NCBI RefSeq assembly: GCF_000017845.1
Contig: NC_010546.1
Coordinates: 2,730,001-2,762,000 of the forward strand
Reading direction: 5' to 3'
Source of the DNA: Crocosphaera subtropica ATCC 51142
Lineage (GTDB): Bacteria; Cyanobacteriota; Cyanobacteriia; Cyanobacteriales; Microcystaceae
DNA length: 32,000 nucleotides
Shown here: positions 24,015 through 32,000 of the stretch, one piece after another
How positions within the stretch are numbered: position 1 is the stretch's first letter
How the letters are laid out: each line of letters opens with the position of its first letter
Position numbers and translations under genes: made by a program
Notes under the pieces: model-generated
Told to the model about the DNA's origin: nothing
Database searches by the model: none
Seen by the model: only the letters and a program-made list of their open reading frames with translations

Positions 24015-24878
24015 CTAATTATCTAAAGATAAATTATAAATTTGACGACGGGAAAAAGTGGTGACTTCTGCAAGTTGACGACTCGCTTGCGATCGTGTCA
24101 TTCCTTGGTCTAATAATTGTTTTAATTCATCTTTTAATTGATCAATACTTAATTCAAGAAAACGATTTTGAGAACAACCAGCAATAATTAAGGTAAATTC
24201 CCCTTTTATTTGCTGAGAATTCTGATAATATAAAATAGCATCTTCTAAACTTCCTCGCCAAAATTCTTCGTAACGTTTGGTGATTTCTCTGCCTACGGTA
24301 AGCGGATGATCTTTGCCGTAAATGTCTTGTAAATCTGTTAACGTTTTCAGTAAACGATGGGGGGCTTCATATAGAATAATTGTGCGAGTTTCTGTTTTTA
24401 ATGCTTGTAAGCGATCGCATCTTTCTTTTCCCTTTAAAGGGAGAAACCCCTCAAAAATAAAGCGATCGGTAGGTAAACCGGACACTGAAAGGGTTGTAAT
24501 AGCAGCGGTGGGTCCAGGAATAGGAATAACAGGAATATTTGCTATAATAGAAGCACTAATTAAATCGTATCCCGGATCAGAAATACCTGGCATTCCTGCA
24601 TCAGTTACTAATGCAATGCTTTTCCCTTCTTCAAGATAGTTTAATAATTCAGTTTGGCGAGCCGTGCGATTATGATGATGATAACTAATCTGAGGGGTCG
24701 TAATCTCAAAATGATGCAAAAGTTTAGCAGTATGACGAGTATCTTCTGCAGCGATAAGATTAACTGATTTTAAAATTCGGACTGCCCGAAAGGTAATATC
24801 TTCTAAATTTCCGATGGGTGTTCCCACAATATAAAGTGTTCCCTGCTGTAAACTTTCGTTGTTCATTATATTAGTCAT
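24015..24878 (-). CDS. rsmI: 16S rRNA (cytidine1402-2'-O)-methyltransferase
   Basis: GTLYIVGTPIGNLEDITFRAVRILKSVNLIAAEDTRHT and GMPGISDPG are typical RsmI blocks. An alternative ATG lies at 24866. Confidence 0.9.
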   Translation of the reverse strand: MTNIMNNESLQQGTLYIVGTPIGNLEDITFRAVRILKSVNLIAAEDTRHTAKLLHHFEITTPQISYHHHNRTARQTELLNYLEEGKSIALVTDAGMPGISDPGYDLISASIIANIPVIPIPGPTAAITTLSVSGLPTDRFIFEGFLPLKGKERCDRLQALKTETRTIILYEAPHRLLKTLTDLQDIYGKDHPLTVGREITKRYEEFWRGSLEDAILYYQNSQQIKGEFTLIIAGCSQNRFLELSIDQLKDELKQLLDQGMTRSQASRQLAEVTTFSRRQIYNLSLDN

Positions 24879-25785
24879 GAATGGATTATTTGTCGGTTTA
24901 ACGACTCTCGATATTATTTATCTTGCGGATCATTTTCCCCATTCTAATGAGAAAATTGTAGCACTCGATCAAACCATTGCAGCCGGGGGACCTGCTACTA
25001 ATGCAGCCATTACCTTTCAAAAGTTTGGTCATCAAGGAACCCTCTTAAGTATGATTGGTAATCATCCCATTAGTCAACTGATTTGTGCAGAATTAGAAGA
25101 TTGTTCTTTAAGTGTTTTTGATCTTGCCCCTTATCATCCCGAACCCCCACCTACCTCTTCAATTATTGTTAATAAAACCACAGGGGAACGGGCAGTTATC
25201 TCTATTAATGCTATCAAATCTCAAGCGAAAGCGGATAAATTATCCTTAGAAATTTTACAGGATATTGATATTATTTTAATCGATGGCCATCAAATGGCTG
25301 TCAGTCAAGTAGTTGCCCAAGAAGCCCATTTTAGAGACATTCCGATTATTATTGATGGGGGCAGTTGGAAACCTGGCTTTGAAAAGATTTTACCCTATGT
25401 CAAATATGCTGTTTGTTCGGCTAACTTTTATCCTCCCAACTGTTACGATGGTGATGATGTTTTTGCTTATTTAAAACAAGTTGGTGTTCCTCACATTGCC
25501 ATTACTAATGGAGAGAAACCTATTAAATATTGGACAGATGGAGAGTTTAACAGTATAGAAGTTTCTTCTATTAAAGCGGTTGACACTTTGGGGGCTGGGG
25601 ATGTGTTTCATGGGGCATTTTGCCACTTTATTTTAACTCATAGTTTTGTGGATTCTTTGGCTAAAGCGTCAGAAGTTGCTGCGGTTGCTTGTCAATCTTT
25701 TGGAACTCGACAATGGATGGAAAATTTAACAGATTTTGGTGTTAAGAATTATCAAAAATCTAAAAACACTGATCTTTTTTTTTGA
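24877..25785 (+). CDS. PfkB-family carbohydrate/nucleoside kinase
   Basis: The C-terminal signature is VDTLGAGDVFHGAF, and the N-terminus has the ribokinase-like GLTTLDIIY...AAGGPATNAA. The track start at 24859 is a TTG; the ATG at 24877 is preferred. Confidence 0.8.
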   Translation: MNGLFVGLTTLDIIYLADHFPHSNEKIVALDQTIAAGGPATNAAITFQKFGHQGTLLSMIGNHPISQLICAELEDCSLSVFDLAPYHPEPPPTSSIIVNKTTGERAVISINAIKSQAKADKLSLEILQDIDIILIDGHQMAVSQVVAQEAHFRDIPIIIDGGSWKPGFEKILPYVKYAVCSANFYPPNCYDGDDVFAYLKQVGVPHIAITNGEKPIKYWTDGEFNSIEVSSIKAVDTLGAGDVFHGAFCHFILTHSFVDSLAKASEVAAVACQSFGTRQWMENLTDFGVKNYQKSKNTDLFF

Positions 25786-25903
25786 TAAGTTCACAAATTG
25801 GTTATATCTGAGTTTTTTCTAGATAAATTGATCTTTATGTTCCCTAACATTAGATTTTATTGTGGTTTAAAGCGTTAAACTATTCGTCTTAAAGTAGAGA
25901 AAA

Positions 25904-26851
25904 ATGAATCGAGATATAATAGAGAAGATTGGACTTATTTTATCAATAATAGTAACTCTATTTATGTCAATTTTAGGTATTGGATTTGGTATATTTGTAG
26001 AATCTGAAGCAATTTTATTAGATGGATTTTTTAATATTGTTAGTTTCATCATGGCGTTAATAACTTTAGGAGTAGCTTGGTTACAAAGACAGCCAGAAAA
26101 TGAATATTTTAATTTTGGTTATCTCAGTTTTGTTCCGTTAGTTAATCTTATTAAAGGACTATTGATTTTTCTCTTATCATTGTTTGCTTTAACGTCTGCT
26201 ATCAGTATCATTTTACATGGAGGCAGAACCCTGAATGCGAATATTGCCATCATTTATGCTTTTATTGCTGCTGTTGGTTGCTTAACAACTGCTTTAATTC
26301 AAAAAAGAATAGCTCAGAAAACTCGTTCAATAATAATAGAAATAGATGCTAAAAACTGGTTGATTAATGGCTTAATTAGTCTTTCTGTTGGAATTGCTTT
26401 TACAATAATTATTTTCATAAAAAATACGTCTTTATCTTGGTTTATTCCCTATGCTGATTCTGTATTAGTAATCGTGTTAGTTTTGATTACTTTGCCTGTT
26501 CCCACTAAAATTATTATTGATAGTTTAAAACAATTACTATTAGCTTCTCCTAGTCCTAAGATTCAACGAGAGATCAAGCAGTTATTTGAAACCACTGTTA
26601 ACCATTTTCCTTTAGAAAAGTATTGGTTGAGAATGACTCAAATAGGGAATACTATTTTTATTAGTATATATTGGTTATTTCCTCAAGACTATGTTTTAGA
26701 AAATATTGAAATATTAGATCAAATAAGAGAAAAAATAAGTAAAGTTATCTATGAGAATTATACTGATATAATCATTGATGTTATCTTTACTAAAAGTCCT
26801 AAATGGGCAGAAAATATAACTCATAATAATAACCTAACTAACAATAGATAA
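25904..26851 (+). CDS. Cation-diffusion-facilitator-like membrane protein (non-canonical metal-site residues)
   Basis: Six hydrophobic segments plus a C-terminal alpha/beta domain (LRMTQIGNTIFISIYW...IIIDVIF), as in CDF transporters. The TM2 block reads EAILLDGFFNIVS. Confidence 0.5.
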   Translation: MNRDIIEKIGLILSIIVTLFMSILGIGFGIFVESEAILLDGFFNIVSFIMALITLGVAWLQRQPENEYFNFGYLSFVPLVNLIKGLLIFLLSLFALTSAISIILHGGRTLNANIAIIYAFIAAVGCLTTALIQKRIAQKTRSIIIEIDAKNWLINGLISLSVGIAFTIIIFIKNTSLSWFIPYADSVLVIVLVLITLPVPTKIIIDSLKQLLLASPSPKIQREIKQLFETTVNHFPLEKYWLRMTQIGNTIFISIYWLFPQDYVLENIEILDQIREKISKVIYENYTDIIIDVIFTKSPKWAENITHNNNLTNNR

Positions 26852-26896
26852 GATTAACTAGCAGAGAAAGTCTAAATTATAGTAACTTAAGTCTCC

Positions 26897-28369
26897 CTAA
26901 TTAGCTAGAAAAATTTGCATCGGAAAAGATTCAGCAACTAATTGATTAGCTTCTTTTTCAATATTTATATTAGATTCATAAGAGGTTTTGGATTTTGTTT
27001 CTTCAAAATGTAATAAAGTTTTAATCCGTTGATAAGCTTGGTAAGCTACTGTTGGAAAGAAGGAAAATTTACCAGGTAAAACACATAAATAGTTGCTATC
27101 AGAATCAGATTCAATCCAATAACTATACCGTCGTTTTTGTTCTTCTTGACTAATAAATTCAGTTTTCACACATTCGTAACTATACAGTCGACGATTATAT
27201 AACTTGTCTTGGCCAAAATAACGTTCTGCTGACTCTAAAATAGGTTCTATATCTACCCCATCCATACTATCATCATTAGCATAACCAGAATCAGCTAATA
27301 AAGAGTAAGTATATTTTTCATTTCCTAGTTCTCTATGTTGTACAAAATGATTAAAATGAAAGCGGTTTTTAGTTGACATTCTGACAAAATTAGTGTCTAC
27401 TAAAGCAGGGTAAGCGACTACCATTGCACTACGACTTCTCTTTAATTTTGCCCTCACTTGTAAATCTTTTAAAAAGGGTTCAAATCCTTCACCAACCGCA
27501 AATATAAATAATTTAGCTTTGAGTCGTTTTGCACGTCCTTCTTTTGTCTTACATAGCAAACTTTTAATCCTCAGTTTACCATAACTATCGATTAGTAACT
27601 TCTCAATTTTTATTCCAGTTTCAAATGTTACCCCATGACTTAAACAACTGGTTACTAAATCCTTTAAAATTCTGCTGGTGTGCATAGAACAATCTAAGGT
27701 TTCAATGAAATCATAATTAGACGGTTCTATATGATATGATTGATCAAATTGACGGCAAAGATTACGAATAATTTCTGTTGAATTTTTTAAGGAACAATTT
27801 AACCCTTCATAATCTTCTACTTGTGCATAAGTTGGGGCTAAACATTGATTATTGACTAACCAATTATGTTGTTTTCCGTAAGCCACTTCTAATCTTCCTA
27901 AGACTCTATTTCGTTGAATATTAATTTGTACTCCATCACTTTTTAAACGAGATGAACGAATTTCTGGAGCATCTTCTTGGGGATGAATTAAATAAACTGG
28001 TGCATTGTTAAACCAACCTTTGGGGTTAGGAGAAATAGCAGGAGTGAAAAATTTATTGTCTTTTTCTGTTAAATTAACGTTGCATTGCTCAGTAAAATAA
28101 GGGGTATATAAATTAATTAAATCTTCGACTCCATTGACACAGTTAATGAATGTTTGAGCATCATCTTGACCAGAATATAAAGCTCCTGTATGATACCAAC
28201 CTTCTAATTTTCCTGATGCTAAATTACCAAGTTGAGGAGCTTTTTCTAATAGTTTAATGGATAAATTACTATGACGGGCTAAGAATTCAGTAATGGCGAC
28301 TCCAGCAATACCACCACCTACGACAATAACATCAACATATTCAATTTCTGAGACTTGAATCGGGTTCAT
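26897..28369 (-). CDS. FAD/NAD(P)-binding oxidoreductase, specificity unknown
   Basis: N-terminal Rossmann dinucleotide motif VDVIVVGGGIAGVAITEFLA...LLEK. The track start at 28396 is a TTG; the ATG at 28369 is preferred. Confidence 0.6.
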   Translation of the reverse strand: MNPIQVSEIEYVDVIVVGGGIAGVAITEFLARHSNLSIKLLEKAPQLGNLASGKLEGWYHTGALYSGQDDAQTFINCVNGVEDLINLYTPYFTEQCNVNLTEKDNKFFTPAISPNPKGWFNNAPVYLIHPQEDAPEIRSSRLKSDGVQINIQRNRVLGRLEVAYGKQHNWLVNNQCLAPTYAQVEDYEGLNCSLKNSTEIIRNLCRQFDQSYHIEPSNYDFIETLDCSMHTSRILKDLVTSCLSHGVTFETGIKIEKLLIDSYGKLRIKSLLCKTKEGRAKRLKAKLFIFAVGEGFEPFLKDLQVRAKLKRSRSAMVVAYPALVDTNFVRMSTKNRFHFNHFVQHRELGNEKYTYSLLADSGYANDDSMDGVDIEPILESAERYFGQDKLYNRRLYSYECVKTEFISQEEQKRRYSYWIESDSDSNYLCVLPGKFSFFPTVAYQAYQRIKTLLHFEETKSKTSYESNINIEKEANQLVAESFPMQIFLAN

Positions 28370-28593
28370 AAATCGGATAATAAGATGATTTTTCAAACTA
28401 ATTTTATAGACTAACCCAGATTATAACGTAGATTTAAAAAATAGGTTATCACCGATTTCATGTTTAATAATAATTTTGGAATCTTATGAAATTATTGTTG
28501 CTGCTAGATTCAATAACGAGTATGTAAACTAAAGTCAAAGTTGGCTATAATATATTATTTAGTTAGATTCGCAGATGACAGTTCACTATCTAT

Positions 28594-29946
28594 ATGAATT
28601 TTTCTCTTCCTGTTGAGTACCGTAGCTTTTTACCTCGCTTTTATCGCCTTGCTTCGGTTAGTGTTTTATCTAATATGATGGTTCCCTTAGCAGGGTTATG
28701 CGACACTGCTTTTTTAGGACATTTAGAAGACATTCGTTACTTAGCTGGAGTTATTCTCGGAAGCATTTTGTTTGATTATTTATATCGGGTTTTAAAGTTC
28801 ATTCGTTCCGGAACAAATGCGATTACTGCGCAAGCAGTGGGAAGAAATGATAAAGAAGGAATATTACTCGCTATTTTCCGAAGTGGTTTAATTGCTTTAA
28901 CCATTGCTTTTGTTATTCTTATTTTACAATATCCTATCGAAAAAATAGGCTTTACTTTATTGTCTGGTTCTCCCAATATTGAAGCATCAGGAATTGATTA
29001 TTTTAGAGCAAGGATTTGGGGTGCGCCTGCAGTTTTACTCAATTTTGTTTTCATTGGTTGGTTCTTGGGAAGAGAAATGAAAACAGCGATTTTATTGTTA
29101 TCTATTGTGGGTAATTTTTCTAATGTTGGCTTGGATTATCTCATGATTTATCATTGGAGTTGGGGAAGTATGGGTGCAGGTTTAGCCACGGCAATTAGTC
29201 AATATTTAGCTTTATTGGTTGCTCTTATTTTTATGGTATTTAGTGTGCAATGGCATGGTTTTTCAGGAATTATTAAAAAAACTCTAGAAAAAGAAGAATT
29301 AAAATCAATTATTGCTTTGAAAAGTAATATATTAATTAGATTTTTAGCCCTTATTTCTGCTTATTCTATTTTTACTAATTTAAGTGCTTTACTAGGGACT
29401 GAGATTTTAGCAGCTAATGGTTTATTATTACAAATTGCTCTGTTAAGTCAATTTACCATTCAAGGAATAGGAATGACTACCCAAACTTTAACAGGAAACT
29501 TTAAAGGGAAAGGAACGATTGAACAAATTATGCCCTTATTAGTTGTTTCCATTATTAATAGTTTACTAATTGCCTTAAGCTTTGCTATTATTCCGTTTAT
29601 CTTCCCTGAAACTATTTTTAATTTATTAACTGATCACCAAGAAATTAGTAAAATGGCGATACAATATACCTTATGGTTACTACCCCTTTTGTGTCTAACT
29701 GCTACTGCATTTATGTTAGAGGGTTATTTCATTGGTTTGAAAGAAGCGACTACTTTAAGAAATGGAGTATTGATTGCGTTTTTTATTGGATTTTTACCCC
29801 TTGCAATTATGTCTTATTTTTCGCTAAATAATCATCTATTATGGTCAGCTTTAACTGCTTATATGGGAACTTTAATGATTACACTATTTCTACAATTACC
29901 TAAAGTTCAAAAAAATCATGTTTTTCAATTTCAAGAATCGGAATAG
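28594..29946 (+). CDS. MATE-family efflux transporter (DinF-like)
   Basis: 450 aa with about 12 TM segments and a two-lobe internal repeat. MATE-like blocks LAGLCDTAFLGHL and ANGLLLQIALLSQFTIQGIGMTTQTLTG are present. Confidence 0.78.
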   Translation: MNFSLPVEYRSFLPRFYRLASVSVLSNMMVPLAGLCDTAFLGHLEDIRYLAGVILGSILFDYLYRVLKFIRSGTNAITAQAVGRNDKEGILLAIFRSGLIALTIAFVILILQYPIEKIGFTLLSGSPNIEASGIDYFRARIWGAPAVLLNFVFIGWFLGREMKTAILLLSIVGNFSNVGLDYLMIYHWSWGSMGAGLATAISQYLALLVALIFMVFSVQWHGFSGIIKKTLEKEELKSIIALKSNILIRFLALISAYSIFTNLSALLGTEILAANGLLLQIALLSQFTIQGIGMTTQTLTGNFKGKGTIEQIMPLLVVSIINSLLIALSFAIIPFIFPETIFNLLTDHQEISKMAIQYTLWLLPLLCLTATAFMLEGYFIGLKEATTLRNGVLIAFFIGFLPLAIMSYFSLNNHLLWSALTAYMGTLMITLFLQLPKVQKNHVFQFQESE

Positions 29947-29983
29947 AATTTATTGATGAGATAACTTATTATGTTCTATTTAA

Positions 29984-30556
29984 TTACACTTCGTAAGAAA
30001 GTTCTCGCAACATTGAAACCGTAATTGGTAATTCTTGTTTGAGTAAAATTTCTAAATATTCGTCTATAGATTTAGGCGGTTTTTTTAATCTTTTTCGACA
30101 AGTTTCTGCTGCTTTTGCAACTTTAAAAGGTTTTAAATCAATTAAATTTGAAATAAACTTATCGGGATGTTCTACAAAAATTTCATAATTATCAAGAACA
30201 TGAGATGGAAAATCTTTAAGATTCATAGTAACAATAACATCAACTTGACCTTTTATAGCTGCTGCTAATACATGACGATCATCAGAATCTGGTAAATTAA
30301 TTGAGGAAATTAATTCCTCATAACCTGTTATTAAACAATCACGAACATGACTATTCATTAAATTCTTAATTTTTATCAACTGTTCAAGGGTTAAATCAGG
30401 TCTATTTTTTAGAATATTACGAATCCATTCATCATGAATTGTATCAGTCCAACGCGCTCTAAAAAGGTCAGTTAATGCTAACTGCATCAATAAATCTCTT
30501 AACGGTGCAGGATACAAAACACAAGCATCATAAAGGGCAGTAAAATTAGAGGACAT
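29984..30556 (-). CDS. PIN-domain ribonuclease-type toxin
   Basis: Acidic PIN blocks LYDACVLY, DSDDRHVLAAAI and VIVTMNLKDF. The start codon directly abuts the stop codon of the upstream HTH gene. Confidence 0.68.
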   Translation of the reverse strand: MSSNFTALYDACVLYPAPLRDLLMQLALTDLFRARWTDTIHDEWIRNILKNRPDLTLEQLIKIKNLMNSHVRDCLITGYEELISSINLPDSDDRHVLAAAIKGQVDVIVTMNLKDFPSHVLDNYEIFVEHPDKFISNLIDLKPFKVAKAAETCRKRLKKPPKSIDEYLEILLKQELPITVSMLRELSYEV

Positions 30557-31027
30557 TTACTCATAACCCATGTTTAATTCTTGTGCTTGTTCTACTAGTT
30601 TATCTAATACTTCACTTCGCTTACGATCAATATTATCTTTGTAGTTCATAATATCTTCAAAACGAATACGACGATGTTTTCCCACTTTAGTAAAAGGAAT
30701 TTCTCCAGACTCCAGTAATTTGATTACATAAGGACGAGACACATTCAAAATATCAGCAGCTTCTTGAGTGGTTAACTCAGCATGAATAGGAATTAGAGTT
30801 ATTGCATTTCCTTGTGCCATTTGAGTTAAGATATCAATCAATAAATGAAAAGCACTAGCAGGTATTTCAACAACTTGTTCAGTGCTATCATTTTTTAACA
30901 GTTTGATCGTTTGAGATTGATGATTGGATTGAAGATGAGACGCTAAAATGCGACTACTTTCCTGAGCAGTTTTTATCTCTGACTCAGACGGAATGAATGG
31001 TTTGTTAAGTGTTTTTGAGACGGTCAT
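30557..31027 (-). CDS. Excisionase/MerR-type helix-turn-helix antitoxin partner of the PIN protein
   Basis: LTTQEAADILNVSRPYVIKLLESGEIPFTKVGKHRRIRFEDIMNY is a typical HTH_17/excisionase-family block. The ATG at 31027 has GAGG upstream; the track ORF extends to 31093. Confidence 0.68.
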   Translation of the reverse strand: MTVSKTLNKPFIPSESEIKTAQESSRILASHLQSNHQSQTIKLLKNDSTEQVVEIPASAFHLLIDILTQMAQGNAITLIPIHAELTTQEAADILNVSRPYVIKLLESGEIPFTKVGKHRRIRFEDIMNYKDNIDRKRSEVLDKLVEQAQELNMGYE

Positions 31028-31116
31028 TGGAATTGCCTCATGCTTAAACCTCAGTGATTTAAGCATAACTGGCAAACGAAATAAACGCAACAAGCGAAAT
31101 AAACGAAATTAGACCC

Positions 31117-32000
31117 TTAACCCACAGATAAATGTCTAACTAAAGCATCTCCGACTATTTTCGCCTCCTCATCTGTCATCCCAGACGTTAATGGGGGACA
31201 AATGTGACGGGGACACCAATATTCTGCATTCGGGAAACGTTCACCCTTGCAAACCTCATCAAAAACTGGTTGTAAATGACAAGGTATTTCGTACACTGTC
31301 CCCCCTAAAAAGATATCCTCTTCTGCTAATGCTGCTTTTACCTCCTTCGCTGTTTTGCCTTCTGGGAGGAGTACCATTAACTTATACTGAGACGCACTAT
31401 CCATGTGGTCCGTGGAAACAAACCTGATCCCTGCTTCTCGCAACGGTGCCGTAATTAACTCATAACACCGTTGTCGTCGTGCTATCATCTGGGGTAACTT
31501 AGCCAGTTGAATGCGTCCTAAAACCGCGTGAACTTCGCTGATACGGGTACTATTACCAAAATCTGTATGTAACCCCCCGAAGTCCATTCCTCGCTTGCCT
31601 TGATTTCTCAGCGATCGCGCGATATAGTCTTCTTCATCATCGTTTAACGTAATCATGCCCCCTTCAAACGTCGTCATAATTTTAGTGGGGAAAAAAGAAA
31701 ACGCTGCACCATCCCCTAAATTTCCGGCTTGTACCCCATCAATTTGACTTCCGTGAGCGTGTGCCGTATCTTCTAGGACAAATAAACCATTTTTATGACA
31801 ATATTCCACCACTTGAGGAAATTCGGGAGAAATCACTCCACCGATATGCACCCATAACACCCCAGATATTTCTGGGGTTACTCCCCTTTCTACTGCATCT
31901 TTAACCATTTGCAAAGAGGGTGCAAAGGTATTCTCATCCATGTCTAAATATTGTACCTGTCCCCCCACTCGCAATACCGCAGCAACGGTGGCAAAATTAG
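31117..32000 (-). CDS. DegT/DnrJ/EryC1/StrS-family PLP-dependent aminotransferase, with the N-terminus outside the window
   Basis: Blocks LEDTAHAHGS, AAFSFFPTKIMTTFEGGMI (the PLP Lys region) and YEIPCHLQPVF. The frame stays open beyond the TTG at 31974 to the window edge (..NFATVAAVLRVGG). Confidence 0.85.
   Translation of the reverse strand, partial: NFATVAAVLRVGGQVQYLDMDENTFAPSLQMVKDAVERGVTPEISGVLWVHIGGVISPEFPQVVEYCHKNGLFVLEDTAHAHGSQIDGVQAGNLGDGAAFSFFPTKIMTTFEGGMITLNDDEEDYIARSLRNQGKRGMDFGGLHTDFGNSTRISEVHAVLGRIQLAKLPQMIARRQRCYELITAPLREAGIRFVSTDHMDSASQYKLMVLLPEGKTAKEVKAALAEEDIFLGGTVYEIPCHLQPVFDEVCKGERFPNAEYWCPRHICPPLTSGMTDEEAKIVGDALVRHLSVG

Overview
AT-rich cyanobacterial chromosomal DNA. 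I found at least 12 perfect HIP1 octamers (GCGATCGC) by eye, where about 0.5 would be expected by chance, plus STRR-like heptamer repeats. I saw no rRNA, tRNA, CRISPR array or transposase. Left part (1-7.9 kb) is housekeeping: the tail of an M23 peptidase, a cupin, a carotenoid-cleavage oxygenase, a BT1 folate/biopterin transporter, MoeB-rhodanese, and an MlaF/MlaD-like lipid-transport pair. Centre (about 8.0-18.2 kb) is the notable locus. It holds a HetC-like ABC exporter (tandem cNMP-binding domains, C39 peptidase, TMD, NBD), a PEP-CTERM protein, a cytoplasmic parvulin PPIase, and five small genes whose products start with a double-glycine-type leader (M-N-I-S-D-L-x-x-L-E...GG). It also holds a HetP-family protein whose C-terminus carries the same leader followed by only 8 residues, and an HlyD-type membrane-fusion protein. 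The three peptide transcription units share a 13-bp palindrome, TGCCAAANTGGCA, set 11-12 nt upstream of a TAAAAN -10-like box. The locus is bracketed by two nested pairs of inverted repeats. Right part (19-32 kb): a DUF3102/degenerate-GGDEF fusion, an rsmI / TAXI-like receptor / dusB / aldehyde dehydrogenase operon, a PfkB kinase, a CDF-like transporter, an FAD oxidoreductase, a MATE exporter, an HTH-PIN toxin-antitoxin pair and a partial DegT-family aminotransferase. All functional calls rest on motif recognition in the supplied translations; no database search was run.
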